In this document: positions 1-10,224 of the stretch, piece after piece
Position numbering within the stretch: position 1 is the stretch's first letter
Layout of the letters: each line of letters begins with the position of its first letter
Assembly: GCA_046262595.1 (NCBI GenBank)
Contig: JBHEMM010000027.1
Coordinates: forward strand, 1 to 36,605
Direction of reading: 5' to 3'
DNA length: 36,605 nt
DNA from: Vulcanimicrobiaceae bacterium
Lineage (GTDB): Bacteria > Vulcanimicrobiota > Vulcanimicrobiia > Vulcanimicrobiales > Vulcanimicrobiaceae
The notes under the pieces: generated by a model
Told to the model about the DNA's origin: nothing
Seen by the model: the letters and a program-made list of their open reading frames with translations, nothing else
The model's database searches: none
Made by a program: the position numbers and the translations under genes

Positions 1-779
1 GGTCTGCGTCACCGGAATGGAGACGTCTCCTCCGATTCGAGCGGTTGGGCCGCCATACGCCGGCGTCGTCAGCTCTTTGAGCGCATACAATTGCAAGCGC
101 GGTTTCGGGCGCGAAGCAGCACCCTGTGAGGAGGCCGCGATGCCGCTCAACGTGCCCGCATAAAACGGATCGCCGGCATTGCGCTGCCCTTGCGCATGTT
201 CCCACACTTCCGTGGAGTTCGTCGATACGGTGAATCGCTCGAATTGAACGCGCCAATCATGCGAACCGCCGCTGCGCAAAACATTGAACGGAATACGCAT
301 CGTAACGATGTAGCCCGTTGCATTGCGGCGTGCCGAGGCGGTCCATTCGGGAGAGTATTGCGAGTTTTCGCTCGAGGATTGGTAGCGCGCTCCAAGCGCG
401 TTCGCATAGAAACCGTAGGAAAAGCCTTGCGTTCCTTGCGGCCACAGTCGGACCGCAACGTAGTCGTCGTTGAGCACGCACCATTGGTCTGCTGCGATGC
501 GGTGAGCTGCGCCCCCTGCGTCACTTCAAAGGCGAAATCCAGCCCCCCGGCATCCTGCGCGACGTACACCGTGGTCGGCTCGCCGGAGCGCGCGTACGTA
601 AAGTCGAACAGCACGGGCGCTTTCGCAGCTAAAGCCCACGACTGATCGATGGCTCCGTTCATTGACGGCGGCGTTTTGAGCACGGGCACCGCGACCGCGT
701 ATGGTTCCGCGGATGCAGCCGCGGCGGTAAGGACAATGCTCAGGACAATGAAATGCGGCAGAAACTTCACGCCTAGCAT
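1..779 (-). pseudogene. Secreted CBM9-like/DUF5916-type protein, frameshifted near 478-479, continuing off the left edge
   Basis: Signal peptide (MLGVKFLPHFIVLSIVLTAAAASA), then PPSMNGAIDQSW...TTVYVAQD..LDFAFEV. After ...QTNG the protein-like reading continues in another frame that is open from 477 to 1 (VLNDDYVAVRLWPQG...YIVTMRIPF...WRVQFER). Only 2 nt separate the two frames. Confidence 0.65.
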
Positions 780-842
780 ACGGCTGGGGCAGCATTTGGT
801 TTCAACCTGCCTGGAACGGCGGTCCCGACGCCTGAGCCTGCT

Positions 843-1403
843 TTAGCGGCCTCCCTCGTCTTGCACACCGGCAGCATCGAAAAGGACGTCGTAGCGGAGC
901 GTTCCGTCGCCGCTCGCGCGAACGCCCGGCGTGGGAACGTGCGGCCGGAGTTTGCCGTCGTGCATCAAGTGCTCCACGGCAACGCCGCGGGTCAGCACGG
1001 CGGCGTCCGAAATGAGCCGGCGGTGGCACCGCCACCAAACCGTCTCGGAACACAGGATCGCCGTCTGCGCGGCTTCGGCGCGCACAATCAGTTCGTCGAG
1101 CGCGAGCGCAAAGGCAGGCGTCTCCATATAGTCTGCGTACGCACGAAACGAGGGGTGCCGCAGCGCGACGTTCGGGCTGTCGGCGCTGCTCTTGCGAAAC
1201 CCGCCGAGCGCCGGTTCCCATCGATACACGCTTCCCGCACGTTCGGGCACCCAATGCTCCATCGCTTCCTGCCAAAACTGCGGATGACGGCGGCTCTTCG
1301 GAACGGTGCGCACATCGACGAGCCATGCGATACCCGCGCGGCGGATCAGGCCCGCAAGTTCTTCCTCGCTTGCAGTTCCATGCCCAAGGGTGATCATGCG
1401 CAT
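843..1403 (-). CDS. DUF488 family protein
   Basis: Motifs TLGHG, LVDVRTVPKSRRHPQF, LGGFR, YADYM, ILCSETVWWRCHRRLISD. Confidence 0.9.
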   Translation of the reverse strand: MRMITLGHGTASEEELAGLIRRAGIAWLVDVRTVPKSRRHPQFWQEAMEHWVPERAGSVYRWEPALGGFRKSSADSPNVALRHPSFRAYADYMETPAFALALDELIVRAEAAQTAILCSETVWWRCHRRLISDAAVLTRGVAVEHLMHDGKLRPHVPTPGVRASGDGTLRYDVLFDAAGVQDEGGR

Positions 1404-1499
1404 GCTCAGCTTCTACCCAACGCTGCTCGACGCGCGTAGGAACCGCCGCGCGGACGCGTAACGCGGCACCTTGCACGGCAGCCACGGCGGAGGAACTTT

Positions 1500-2903
1500 T
1501 TGAGCGTTTCGGTCGAACTTCTGCGCGATAACGTCGAACCCGAAGACAGTGCGCTGTTCAGCTCGTTCGTGATCACCGCAACGTTTTGGCTGCTCTTTAC
1601 CACCGCGGTAGGGTTGCTGCTCAGTTTCAAGTTTCCGTATCCCGACTGGGCCACGAGCCCGTTTCTCTCGTTCGGCCGCCTGCGCGCCATTCACACCAAC
1701 GGAACGTTTTACGGCTGGGCGTCCATCGCGCTCTCCGGCGCGGCTATCTACATCGCCGCGCGCACGTCCGGCATTCCCGTGGCGCACAAACGCCTGGCAT
1801 GGCTTTCGCTCGCATGTTATAACCTTGCGGCGATCTGCGGAACGGTCACGCTCGATCTCGGCATGAACTACGGCGACCAAGAGTACCGCGAGTGGGTGTG
1901 GTGGGTGAAGATCGTTTTTCTGCTCGGCGTTTTTCTGAGCGGATTGACGATCGTACGAACGGTGGCCGAACGCGTCGAGCGCGAGATCTACATTTCCAAC
2001 TGGTACACGATCGGCGGTTTCGTGTTCACGCTGATCCTTAGCGTGGTCGCCATCATTCCGAGTTACCAGAGGGGCCTTGGACAAGTCGCAGTGCAAGGCT
2101 TTTTCATGCACAACGCGGTCGGAATGTGGTTCACGTTTCTCGCGCTCGGCGTGACGTACTATGCCCTTCCCAAGCTGTTGAACCGCCCGATTTATTCGTA
2201 CGCGCTTGGCGTGCTGGGATTCTGGACGAATCTGGTTTTTTATCCGGTGATTGGCGCACATCACTTCGAGTTTTCGCCGCTGCCGTGGTGGTTCCAGACG
2301 CTGGCGATCGTCTTTAGCGTCGGCATGCTGGTTCCGGTGTGGTCGGGAACGGCGAACTTCGCACTGACGATGCGCGGCAACAACGAAACGATCCGGCGCT
2401 CCTACGCGCTGCCGTTTCTGCTTGTCGGCGTCGCGTACTACTTTCTGGGATCGACGCAGGGAACCATCGAAGCGTTTCGCAGCCTGCAATCGATCTGGCA
2501 CTTCACGAACTACACGATCGGCCATTCGCACGCGACGATGTACGGTTTCATCACGTTCATCGCGTGGGGTGCAATCTATGCCCTGCTTCCGCGCGCGACG
2601 GGAAAACGTCCGAGCGCGATCGCGACCGGACTGCACTTCTGGTTCGCGACGATCGGCGTCACGCTCTACGTCGTGCTGCTTTCGGTCGCGGGAACGCTTC
2701 AAGGCTTGACGTGGGCGGCGGGCAATCCGTTCATCGCCTCGGTCGACGCGGCCGCCCCCTACTGGGTGGGCCGCGCGCTCGCCGGTTCGCTCATGTTCCT
2801 CGCGCACATCGCGTTTGCGTATAATGTTTATCTGATGACCCTCGGAACCGGGCGCGAGAGTTTGAAGTACGAACGGCCGCACGGCCAGGCGGCCGGCGCA
2901 TGA
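1500..2903 (+). CDS. ccoN: cbb3-type cytochrome c oxidase subunit I (C-family heme-copper oxidase)
   Basis: Polytopic membrane protein with FGRLRAIHTN, HNAVG, Y-x5-HH (FYPVIGAHH, the helix-VII Tyr of C-family enzymes) and TIGHSH. TTG start follows GGAGGA. Confidence 0.92.
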   Translation: MSVSVELLRDNVEPEDSALFSSFVITATFWLLFTTAVGLLLSFKFPYPDWATSPFLSFGRLRAIHTNGTFYGWASIALSGAAIYIAARTSGIPVAHKRLAWLSLACYNLAAICGTVTLDLGMNYGDQEYREWVWWVKIVFLLGVFLSGLTIVRTVAERVEREIYISNWYTIGGFVFTLILSVVAIIPSYQRGLGQVAVQGFFMHNAVGMWFTFLALGVTYYALPKLLNRPIYSYALGVLGFWTNLVFYPVIGAHHFEFSPLPWWFQTLAIVFSVGMLVPVWSGTANFALTMRGNNETIRRSYALPFLLVGVAYYFLGSTQGTIEAFRSLQSIWHFTNYTIGHSHATMYGFITFIAWGAIYALLPRATGKRPSAIATGLHFWFATIGVTLYVVLLSVAGTLQGLTWAAGNPFIASVDAAAPYWVGRALAGSLMFLAHIAFAYNVYLMTLGTGRESLKYERPHGQAAGA

Positions 2904-3475
2904 ACCGCAACGTGTGGACGATCGTTCTGGCGAGCGCCGTGGTCTACGGTCTGCTCGCCGTGTTGATGGGCGTCGTTCCGGGCATCGCGCTCTCGGGTGA
3001 GGCGCCGATGCCCGGCCTTCGTCCGTACAGTGCGCAAGAACAACGCGGGCGCGACGTGTATGTCAGCGAAGGCTGCGAATACTGCCACACGCAGAATGTG
3101 CGCCCGCTCAAGCAAGACCTCGTGTTCGGGCGCCCTTCGGCCGCCGGCGATTATGCATACGAGACGCCCGAACTGTTGGGCGATCACCGCAACGGTCCGG
3201 ATCTCACGAACATCGCGAAGCGCCAGCCAAGCATCGTGTGGCAATACATTCACCTGTGGAATCCGCGCGCCGTCGTGCAAGGTTCGATCATGCCGCGGTA
3301 CGCGTGGCTTTTCGAGGTCAAGCCCAAAGCGGATCCCGGCGACATCGTCGTCCCCGTTCCACCGGGCTTCGGACCCGCCGGCGGCACGGTGGTGGCGGCG
3401 CAAAGCGCGCAGGATCTCGTGGCGTATCTTGAAGCGCTCAAACAGGTGCCGCTGCTCAAAGGCGGCGCAAAATGA
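2900..3475 (+). CDS. ccoO: cbb3-type cytochrome c oxidase subunit II (monoheme)
   Basis: N-terminal TM helix, GRDVYVSEGCEYCHTQNVRP, RNGPDL, HLWNPR...SIMP. ATGA overlap with ccoN. Confidence 0.92.
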   Translation: MNRNVWTIVLASAVVYGLLAVLMGVVPGIALSGEAPMPGLRPYSAQEQRGRDVYVSEGCEYCHTQNVRPLKQDLVFGRPSAAGDYAYETPELLGDHRNGPDLTNIAKRQPSIVWQYIHLWNPRAVVQGSIMPRYAWLFEVKPKADPGDIVVPVPPGFGPAGGTVVAAQSAQDLVAYLEALKQVPLLKGGAK

Positions 3476-3645
3476 ATAGCATCCCGATGCACGCGCCGCC
3501 GCACGACGTTTTCGGTTGGGTTATCGTCGCATGCGGTGCGGCGGCAACGCTCGCCGTCATCGTTTTGGCGCTCTTCTGGACGATACGGCCCGGCGAGACG
3601 GATCCCGGCCACCCCAAGCGGCTTGTTCTGCGGAGCGACCGTTGA
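3472..3645 (+). CDS. 57-aa single-TM peptide in the cbb3 operon (CcoQ/CcoS-like position); not in the ORF track
   Basis: MNSIPMHAPPHDVFGWVIVACGAAATLAVIVLALFWTIRPGETDPGHPKRLVLRSDR. ATGA overlap with ccoO and TTGA overlap with the next gene. Confidence 0.75.
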   Translation: MNSIPMHAPPHDVFGWVIVACGAAATLAVIVLALFWTIRPGETDPGHPKRLVLRSDR

Positions 3646-4526
3646 ACGCGCACGGCGGGCTGACCCGGCAGGAGCCCGTGTCCGTCACGATCTTTTTGGA
3701 CGATGCCGCGGAGCCGCTTGCCGCATACAAGCCGCCCGCGACGTTCCGGCTGGATACGGCGAGCATCGCGGACGGCGAGCACGTGCTGCGCATCCAGGCA
3801 GTCGACGCTGTCGGAAACCTCGGCGTGCGCCGTATTCCGTTCACCGTGGCGAACGGTCCGGGTATAACGGTTACCGGATTGAGGCCGGGCGCGCGGATAC
3901 GGGGCGCGGTCACGCTCAACGTCAACGCTTTCGGCTCCGACGAACCGTTCGACCCGGCGCGCGCCGAATCGAGCGGTCCCGTTCCGGTGTGGACGTGGGT
4001 TTTCTGCGCCGTCGTAGCCGTCTGGGCCGCGTGGTACGGATTGGAGTACTTCGGCACACCCCCGGCATTCGCGCAAACGGCGACCTTCTCACAAAACCAG
4101 GGGCTTGCCGCAGCGAACGCGCCGGCCGCCCAAACGGCCGTGCAAGCGCCGGCCGCGGTCGGCAAAAACGCTTCCGAGGGAAGCAAAAACGTTGCCGGAT
4201 TCGACTTCGCAACGGCCGGCGCACAAGTGTACGCGCAAAGCTGCCAATCGTGCCACGGCGCCTCGGGCGCGGGCGCTGCGGGCGTCTTTCCCGCGCTCGC
4301 GGCGGATCCGGTCGTCAATGGAAGCGATGCCGACGCGCACGTCAAGATCGTGCTGCATGGACTGTCCGGAAAAACGATAAACGGGACGCATTACGCCGCG
4401 CAGATGCCGGCGTTTGCTGCGCAGCTCACTGATGCCGAGATCGCCGCCGTCGTCGACCACGAGCGTACCTCGTGGGGCAATCATGCTCCGGCGATCACGC
4501 CGGGGCAAGTCGCGCGCGACCGCTAA
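3642..4526 (+). CDS. Membrane-anchored cytochrome c with an N-terminal beta-rich (Ig-like) region
   Basis: LDTASIADGEHVLRIQAVDAVGN (Ig-like), TM WTWVFCAVVAVWAAWY, Ala-rich linker, CQSCH and distal MPAF. Start is TTG 3642 or GTG 3678 (AGGAG RBS), not 3516. Confidence 0.85.
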   Translation: MNAHGGLTRQEPVSVTIFLDDAAEPLAAYKPPATFRLDTASIADGEHVLRIQAVDAVGNLGVRRIPFTVANGPGITVTGLRPGARIRGAVTLNVNAFGSDEPFDPARAESSGPVPVWTWVFCAVVAVWAAWYGLEYFGTPPAFAQTATFSQNQGLAAANAPAAQTAVQAPAAVGKNASEGSKNVAGFDFATAGAQVYAQSCQSCHGASGAGAAGVFPALAADPVVNGSDADAHVKIVLHGLSGKTINGTHYAAQMPAFAAQLTDAEIAAVVDHERTSWGNHAPAITPGQVARDR

Positions 4527-4539
4527 CGAACAGCGGCGC

Positions 4540-4615
4540 TGGAGCCGACGGCCGGACTCGAACCGGCGACCTGCTGTTTACGAAACAGCTGCTCTACCAA
4601 CTGAGCTACGTCGGC
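4540..4615 (-). tRNA. tRNA-Thr(CGT)
   Basis: Reverse complement GCCGACGTAGCTCAGTTGGTAGAGCA-GCTGT-TTCGTAA-ACAGC-AGGTCGCCGGTTCGAGTCCGGCCGTCGGCTCCA: 76-nt cloverleaf with encoded CCA. Confidence 0.98.
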
Positions 4616-5302
4616 ATTCCTGATTTCGGGCTCTCGCGTCGCGCGGTACGTGTGGTACCGGTGTGGTGCCGACATTCTGCACACGCGTTGTAAGTTTGCG
4701 CGCCCTGGCCCACCTTCAACATGCCCCCACTACGTCCTGGGGCAGCGCGCCCGTTGAACGGGCGGCCGCGTCCTGAGCGCCTTGAGCGCATGCAAGCACA
4801 TGCGTTGTAAGCCATCCATTCCACGTTGCCGGCCGGCAATTTCCAGAAGTTTACTTCCCCCCGCCGGTAATACCGAAAAGGCCGCCGAGGGCAAGGTGCC
4901 GAGCTGCTGAAAAACTGCGCGATCGCGTTACGGCATACGTTAGCATGCGCGCCGATCCGTTGTTACGGAATTATAAAGGCTTACTGGCGCGGCGGCTGAG
5001 TTCGACGGTGACTGGCAGCTCATCGATTCGGAGGTCGCTCACCGGATAGGCGGTATCGAGAGTCAACATCAGTTTGATTGACGGACCCGTTCCCGGCATG
5101 CCGCCGCCCGCTACGATTCCGGTCACGCGTGCGCCGACTCGCGCTTTGGATGGAAAGATAACAGTAGCTTCTGTCCGAACGCGGTTAAATCCGAACTGAC
5201 AGGTCCTAAGGAGCTGGAGGGAGCCGAGGGATGCCCTCACACCCGGCAGAGCACCCCAACCGTAACGGCACGCGGTGTCCAAAGAGTGTCGCGGCGAAGG
5301 CC

Positions 5303-6701
5303 TTACACTGCCGGCCGAAGACCGGCGGTCAAAAGCGCCGGATAAAGGCCGTTGCTCAAGCCGGATACGCAATTGCGTCCACTCGCCTTTGCCTCATACA
5401 GTGCGCCGTCTGCTTTTTCAAAGATTTCAGCCGCTGAGAGAAGCACCGGTAAACCCGCGCAGGCGGCGCCTATACTGACCGTTAGGCCGGGTCCCGCTGC
5501 GGAAGCTCTATGTGGGATTTTCAGCGATTCTACGGATCTGCGCAGGCGCTCGGCGACGCGAGACGCTTCTTGAAACGCGATCGGGCTCAACAGAACCACG
5601 AATTCTTCGCCGCCATAGCGTGCGATAAAGTCAGAAGAGCAAAATAACGAGGATTGCAGGGCACCCGCGACCCTTTTCAAGGCAAGGTCGCCCGCAGCGT
5701 GGCCATACGCATCGTTATATGTCTTAAAATGGTCAATGTCTATGATGAACAGGGCGAAGGACGTTCCGCCGCGACGCCCCTCGTCGATGCGCTCTTGTAG
5801 TGCTTCTTGAAAGCCTCGACGGTTGCGTATTCCTGTAAGGGGATCGGTTAACGTCATCTTCGACAAGTGTCGGAATAAAACGTAAATTTCGCCTAGCAGC
5901 GCGATGACAACGGTGCTCGAGGTGAACAGTGTTTCCGTTTTCCCGACATACCAACTTAGCGTATACCGGGAAGGCGCAAAGCCGTTTAACCCGGCGTCGA
6001 GCCCCATTGCTAAGAGTGAGACGAGAAGCCAGTATTGTAATGAGGTCGGCGCCTTAACGCGGCACAACACAATTGCGATGACAAGAAAAGCGAACAGAGC
6101 TAGGCCGGGGGCGGCAAGGTGCGTAAATAAGGGCAGAAAACGCCCGTGTAACGCGAATCTCGGCAAGGATGCGCGACTAAAAAAGAGCGTGGTTGTCAGA
6201 ACGATCGCTATGAGGAAACTTGCAGCCAACGTTCGTCGTAGGGCCATTTTGCGAATCGCCTCCGGCAGCCGCATCTTCACACCCGGATCGAAAGATAAGC
6301 AAACGCCGATAATTGCCGGAAATAGGCAATGCCAAGCGGTCCAAAGCCAGATGGAAAACTGTTCCATTCCCGGTGTCAGTTTTAGCGGTAGAAACACTCC
6401 GGGGAAAGCTGCCAGGTAAGGGATCGTGAAAAGGCCTGTTGTTGCATATGCAGCACCGATGAAGAGAAACGCCGTTTTGCCGGCGGCCGCGAACTGGCTA
6501 AATAAGAGATAAGCCGTCAATCAGATCGGCGGCCGCCCACAACGTAGCGCAGATGGGCATGAATGCGGGCGAGGGCGCTTCGATAGCCGTCCCAAAACGA
6601 ATCGCAATAAGGGTCGCGCCAATGAGCCCTGCGGCGACAAGCAGTGCTGCGAAGCGTTCGGAGCGCCCGGCATTTTGTCGCAACCGGAGAGGTGCGAGCA
6701 C
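5303..6701 (-). pseudogene. MASE4-type membrane sensor fused to a GGDEF diguanylate cyclase, with a +1 frameshift near 6521
   Basis: TDPLTGIRNRR, IDIDHFKTYNDAYGHAAGD, RYGGEEF, ADGALYEAK. Upstream ORF 6498-6701 (…PAFMPICATLWAAADL) joins LTAYLLFSQF if one base is removed (CTG-A-TTG). GTG start overlaps the upstream TAG. Confidence 0.8.
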
Positions 6702-7756
6702 TACGCCGCGGCGTCTTCGTGGGCCGTCTTAAAGGCGAGAATCTTCGGAAGCGCCTGGTGAAAAGCGCGCACTATTTCCGGATCGAAATGGCTACCGGAT
6801 CCGGCGTCAATCTCGGCCACGGCACGATGTGTCGGCCAAGCCGTTTTGTACGGCCTATTGGATGTCAGCGCGTCAAAAACGTCACTGACGGCACAGATCC
6901 GGCCGCTTACGGCGATCTTCGTTGAAGCCAGGCCAAACGGGTAACCGGTTCCATCGAACTTCTCGTGATGCGAAAGCGCTATCTCCGCCGCCATTTGCAG
7001 AAGGTCCGACTCGCTGCCTTTCAGGATCTCGTGACCTATTATGGTATGTTGTTTCATGATTGCCCACTCCGCAGCGTCCAATTTTGCCGGCTTGAGCAGT
7101 ATCCGGTCGGGAATAGCGACTTTGCCGATATCGTGCATCGGCGTCGCCATGAGCAAAAAGTCACACTCGCTATTTGAGAGGCCGAGGGCGCGCCCGATCT
7201 CGGCGCTAAAGTGTGCCATACGCACGATATGCATACCGGTCTCATTGTCGCGGAACTCGGCGGCGCGCGTTAGCCGGTAAATGGTTTCCTTCTCGCGTGC
7301 AACGATCCGTGCAGTGGCGCTTTCAACCTCCGCCGTCAGAGAATATGCCCGGTCGGCCAGCTTTTTCTGCGCGCTCACTAAGGTCAGCATATTTTGTACG
7401 CGAGCGCGAAAGTCGATGATGTCCACGGGCTTTGTCAAAAAGTCTGCAGCGCCGAGCCCCAGTGCTTGGTACCGGATGTGGCGCGCCTCTATCGCGGTGA
7501 CCATGACGATCGGAACATCTTTATTGCGAGGCATTTGTCGAAACGCCTCTATGAACTCCAAGCCGTTCAATGCCGGCATATCATAATCGACGATGACCGC
7601 GTCGGCCTCGTTGACCTTGCTCCATTCAAGAGCATCTTGTGGCAGCGAGAACGGCACGCACGTCGCGGTTCTGAGGTCGGCAAGTGCGCGCTTATAGACC
7701 TTGAGGTTCAACTCGTTATCGTCAACCATAAGGACGGTCATCTTGCGCGCTTTCAT
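6701..7756 (-). CDS. Response regulator with HD-GYP c-di-GMP phosphodiesterase domain (RpfG-like)
   Basis: REC domain (MVDD, IVDYDMP, FLTKP), then RDNETGMH, MHDIGK, HHEKFDGTGYP, DVFDALTSNRPYK. Confidence 0.95.
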   Translation of the reverse strand: MKARKMTVLMVDDNELNLKVYKRALADLRTATCVPFSLPQDALEWSKVNEADAVIVDYDMPALNGLEFIEAFRQMPRNKDVPIVMVTAIEARHIRYQALGLGAADFLTKPVDIIDFRARVQNMLTLVSAQKKLADRAYSLTAEVESATARIVAREKETIYRLTRAAEFRDNETGMHIVRMAHFSAEIGRALGLSNSECDFLLMATPMHDIGKVAIPDRILLKPAKLDAAEWAIMKQHTIIGHEILKGSESDLLQMAAEIALSHHEKFDGTGYPFGLASTKIAVSGRICAVSDVFDALTSNRPYKTAWPTHRAVAEIDAGSGSHFDPEIVRAFHQALPKILAFKTAHEDAAA

Positions 7757-10056
7757 CGCGTGCCGACCATCTGTATCGCGTCGGCAAGCATCGTATAGGC
7801 TCGCCGAAGGCCGACGTAGTCCACCCGCTCCTCCGTTCCGCCGCTCAGCACGAGCGAAGTATCAGCGGTCTTTTGCGCCAGCGCAACGGCCCCAATGTTG
7901 CCGCACGCGCCCTTCAACTCATGTGCCGCCGCTAGCCGGCCTTCAAGGCTGTTAGCAAATTCCAGCCGGGCGAGCGATTGATCGAGAACGGGGAGCGCGC
8001 CGTCGAGAAAATCTCGCATTTCCTCGACGTTACCGTCAAACAACTCGTTAAGCCGGGTCAAGTCAAGGGCGCATTCAGGGGCCGCGCGCGCCAATGACAA
8101 GCGAAGCTCGTCAATCGTGACGGGCTTGGATAAATAATCGTCCATTCCCGCGGCGAGACAAGCCTGTCGATCCTGCGTAAGCGCGTTCGCAGTCACTGCG
8201 ATGATCCGCGCATGCTTTCCCGTGCGCGCCTCGGCTTTACGAATCGTGCGGGCCGCTTCGAACCCATCCATCTCGGGCATCTGGCAATCCATTAAAATGA
8301 TGTCGAACATGCCGTCCCGGGTAGCCTCGACGGCCTGTCTTCCGTCCGTCACGGCTTCGGCGGCATAGCCGAGCTTTCGTAGTTGGCGAAGCGTGACGTC
8401 AAGATTAATTGCGTTGTCCTCGACCACAAGTATCCGCCGGTTCACGAAGCTTTTTTCCCCAAGATTGGTCGCGGGACCGGCGACGCCGCTCATGCCGACA
8501 GCCGGGTGCGCTATGCAGTCATACAGCAGTGACTGCATTACCGGCTTTGTCAGGTATGCGGCACATCCGGCCGCGACTGCTTCACGGCCCTTGTCCGGCC
8601 GGTCATACGCGGTGATCATAATCAAGCGGGTTGCAGCGATATCTTTATTCGCCTTGACGAGCCGGGCGAACTCGATACCATCCATGTACGGCATCGCGAA
8701 ATCAATCAGGGCAATTTCGTACGGATCCCCGGCCGCGGCGGCAGCCTCGATCATCCTATACGCCGTCTCGGTTTCGCCGGCGATATCGCCGCGTACATTC
8801 CACGAACGAAAGTAGCCGGCGTAAATCTGTTGCGCGATCGGATCGTCGTCGACGGCAATTCCGCGCATTTGCTTCAAATCGGGCGGGCGGTGTTCGGCGT
8901 CGGTCGCATGTTTAAAGGCCAGCGAGAAGGAAAACGTTGAGCCGCTTCCCGTTTCGCTTTCTACAGCGATGCTGCCGCCGAACAAATCAACCAGACCCTT
9001 AGAAATGGAGAGCCCAAGGCCCGTTCCGCCGTACTTCCGGGTCGTCGAGCCGTCGGCTTGTCTAAATGGCTGAAACAGCGAGGCGTGCTTTTCGGGTGCG
9101 ATGCCGATTCCCGTGTCTTTGATGGAAAACTTTACGACGGCGGTTTCCGGAGTGCGGTCTTCCAGAATGGCATTGATGACGACCGAGCCGCTATGCGTAA
9201 ACTTTAAAGCATTGCCGGCAATGTTCACCAAGATCTGGCGTAAACGCCCGGCATCGCCCACTAATACGGCCGGTATCTTCGGGTCCACGTAGGTCATCAA
9301 CTCGATGCCCTTAGCGGTTGCCTGCGGAACAAAGAGACGAGCGGCGCTTTCTACGAGGGTCAGCAAACGGAAATTGCTTGTGTCCACATCGACGCCTTGG
9401 GCTTCGATCTTCGAAAAATCGAGAATATCGTTTATGAGATGCAGCAAGGCCGCGCCCGACTCGAGAACGGCCGTAGCACATTTGCGCTGGTCTTCATCAA
9501 GCGGCGAATCGAGTAACAATTCGGCCATGCCGATTACAGCGTTCATGGGCGTGCGGATTTCATGGCTCATGGTCGCTACGAATTCCGATTTTAAACGGGA
9601 TGTCTCGACGACTGCCTGAAGTTCGGCCTGTGCCAAGCTTCGCTCAGTGACGTCGCGAGCAATACTGACGATCGTCTCCTCGCCGTCAATGATCGCACTA
9701 TGAGCCGACATTTCAACGCGAAACGTACTTCCGTCGCGGCGCCGGTGAGTTGATTCGAAATAGGTGCCGAACTTTTCCGGATGGTCGAGATACGCTTCTA
9801 TACTTCGCGTTTCTGTTTCCGCGAGGATTGCCTTTGAGCTAAGGCTTATAAACTCGTCTTTTGTGTACCCGTATGCTTGTGAAGCCGCGGCATTCGCTTC
9901 TAATATTTTCCAGTCCCGGCGGCGGACGAAAAGGATAATATCGCGGCCTTGCTGCGCTAAGAGTTGATATTTCGCTAACTGAGCCGCTCGTTCACGCATC
10001 TCCGCCGAAAGCAGATCGATATGCTCACTCGACGTGGGGCTGGAATGGCTATCCAC
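7753..10056 (-). CDS. Cytoplasmic hybrid histidine kinase: PAS-HisKA-HATPase-REC-REC-Hpt
   Basis: PAS ([11 protein letters not shown]…HRRRDGSTF…ARDVTER), [30 protein letters not shown], two REC domains (DFAMP, DCQMP), Hpt AHELKG. ATGA overlap with the HD-GYP gene. Confidence 0.95.
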   Translation of the reverse strand: MDSHSSPTSSEHIDLLSAEMRERAAQLAKYQLLAQQGRDIILFVRRRDWKILEANAAASQAYGYTKDEFISLSSKAILAETETRSIEAYLDHPEKFGTYFESTHRRRDGSTFRVEMSAHSAIIDGEETIVSIARDVTERSLAQAELQAVVETSRLKSEFVATMSHEIRTPMNAVIGMAELLLDSPLDEDQRKCATAVLESGAALLHLINDILDFSKIEAQGVDVDTSNFRLLTLVESAARLFVPQATAKGIELMTYVDPKIPAVLVGDAGRLRQILVNIAGNALKFTHSGSVVINAILEDRTPETAVVKFSIKDTGIGIAPEKHASLFQPFRQADGSTTRKYGGTGLGLSISKGLVDLFGGSIAVESETGSGSTFSFSLAFKHATDAEHRPPDLKQMRGIAVDDDPIAQQIYAGYFRSWNVRGDIAGETETAYRMIEAAAAAGDPYEIALIDFAMPYMDGIEFARLVKANKDIAATRLIMITAYDRPDKGREAVAAGCAAYLTKPVMQSLLYDCIAHPAVGMSGVAGPATNLGEKSFVNRRILVVEDNAINLDVTLRQLRKLGYAAEAVTDGRQAVEATRDGMFDIILMDCQMPEMDGFEAARTIRKAEARTGKHARIIAVTANALTQDRQACLAAGMDDYLSKPVTIDELRLSLARAAPECALDLTRLNELFDGNVEEMRDFLDGALPVLDQSLARLEFANSLEGRLAAAHELKGACGNIGAVALAQKTADTSLVLSGGTEERVDYVGLRRAYTMLADAIQMVGTR

Positions 10057-10224
10057 GGTGTACCTACTTCGTTGCGCGCCCGCGCGCAGAGTCTCCGGGG
10101 ATCAACGTACTGCAGCCCGGAAGGGAGAGATGCCCTCCACACCCGCGGAGGGCATTCTTATCATAGGGGAGCGCGGTGTCCGCAGGGTGTCGCCACGGTT
10201 GCGATGCGGTGTCGTAAACGGCGG

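Noticed and set aside
1404..1499. FNR/Anr box upstream of ccoN
   Set aside because: No TTGAT-N4-ATCAA-like site is present.
1413..2882. Long antisense or alternate-frame ORFs (also 11831-12760, 22452-23384, 23565-24512, 25241-26287, 28764-30155, 34280-35278)
   Set aside because: Shadow ORFs of well-supported genes in GC-rich DNA, with Arg/Ala-rich composition and no motifs.
4971..5372. 133-aa minus-strand ORF downstream of the cyclase
   Set aside because: The C-terminal half looks protein-like, but there is no convincing start or RBS, it overlaps the cyclase end, and I recognise no family.
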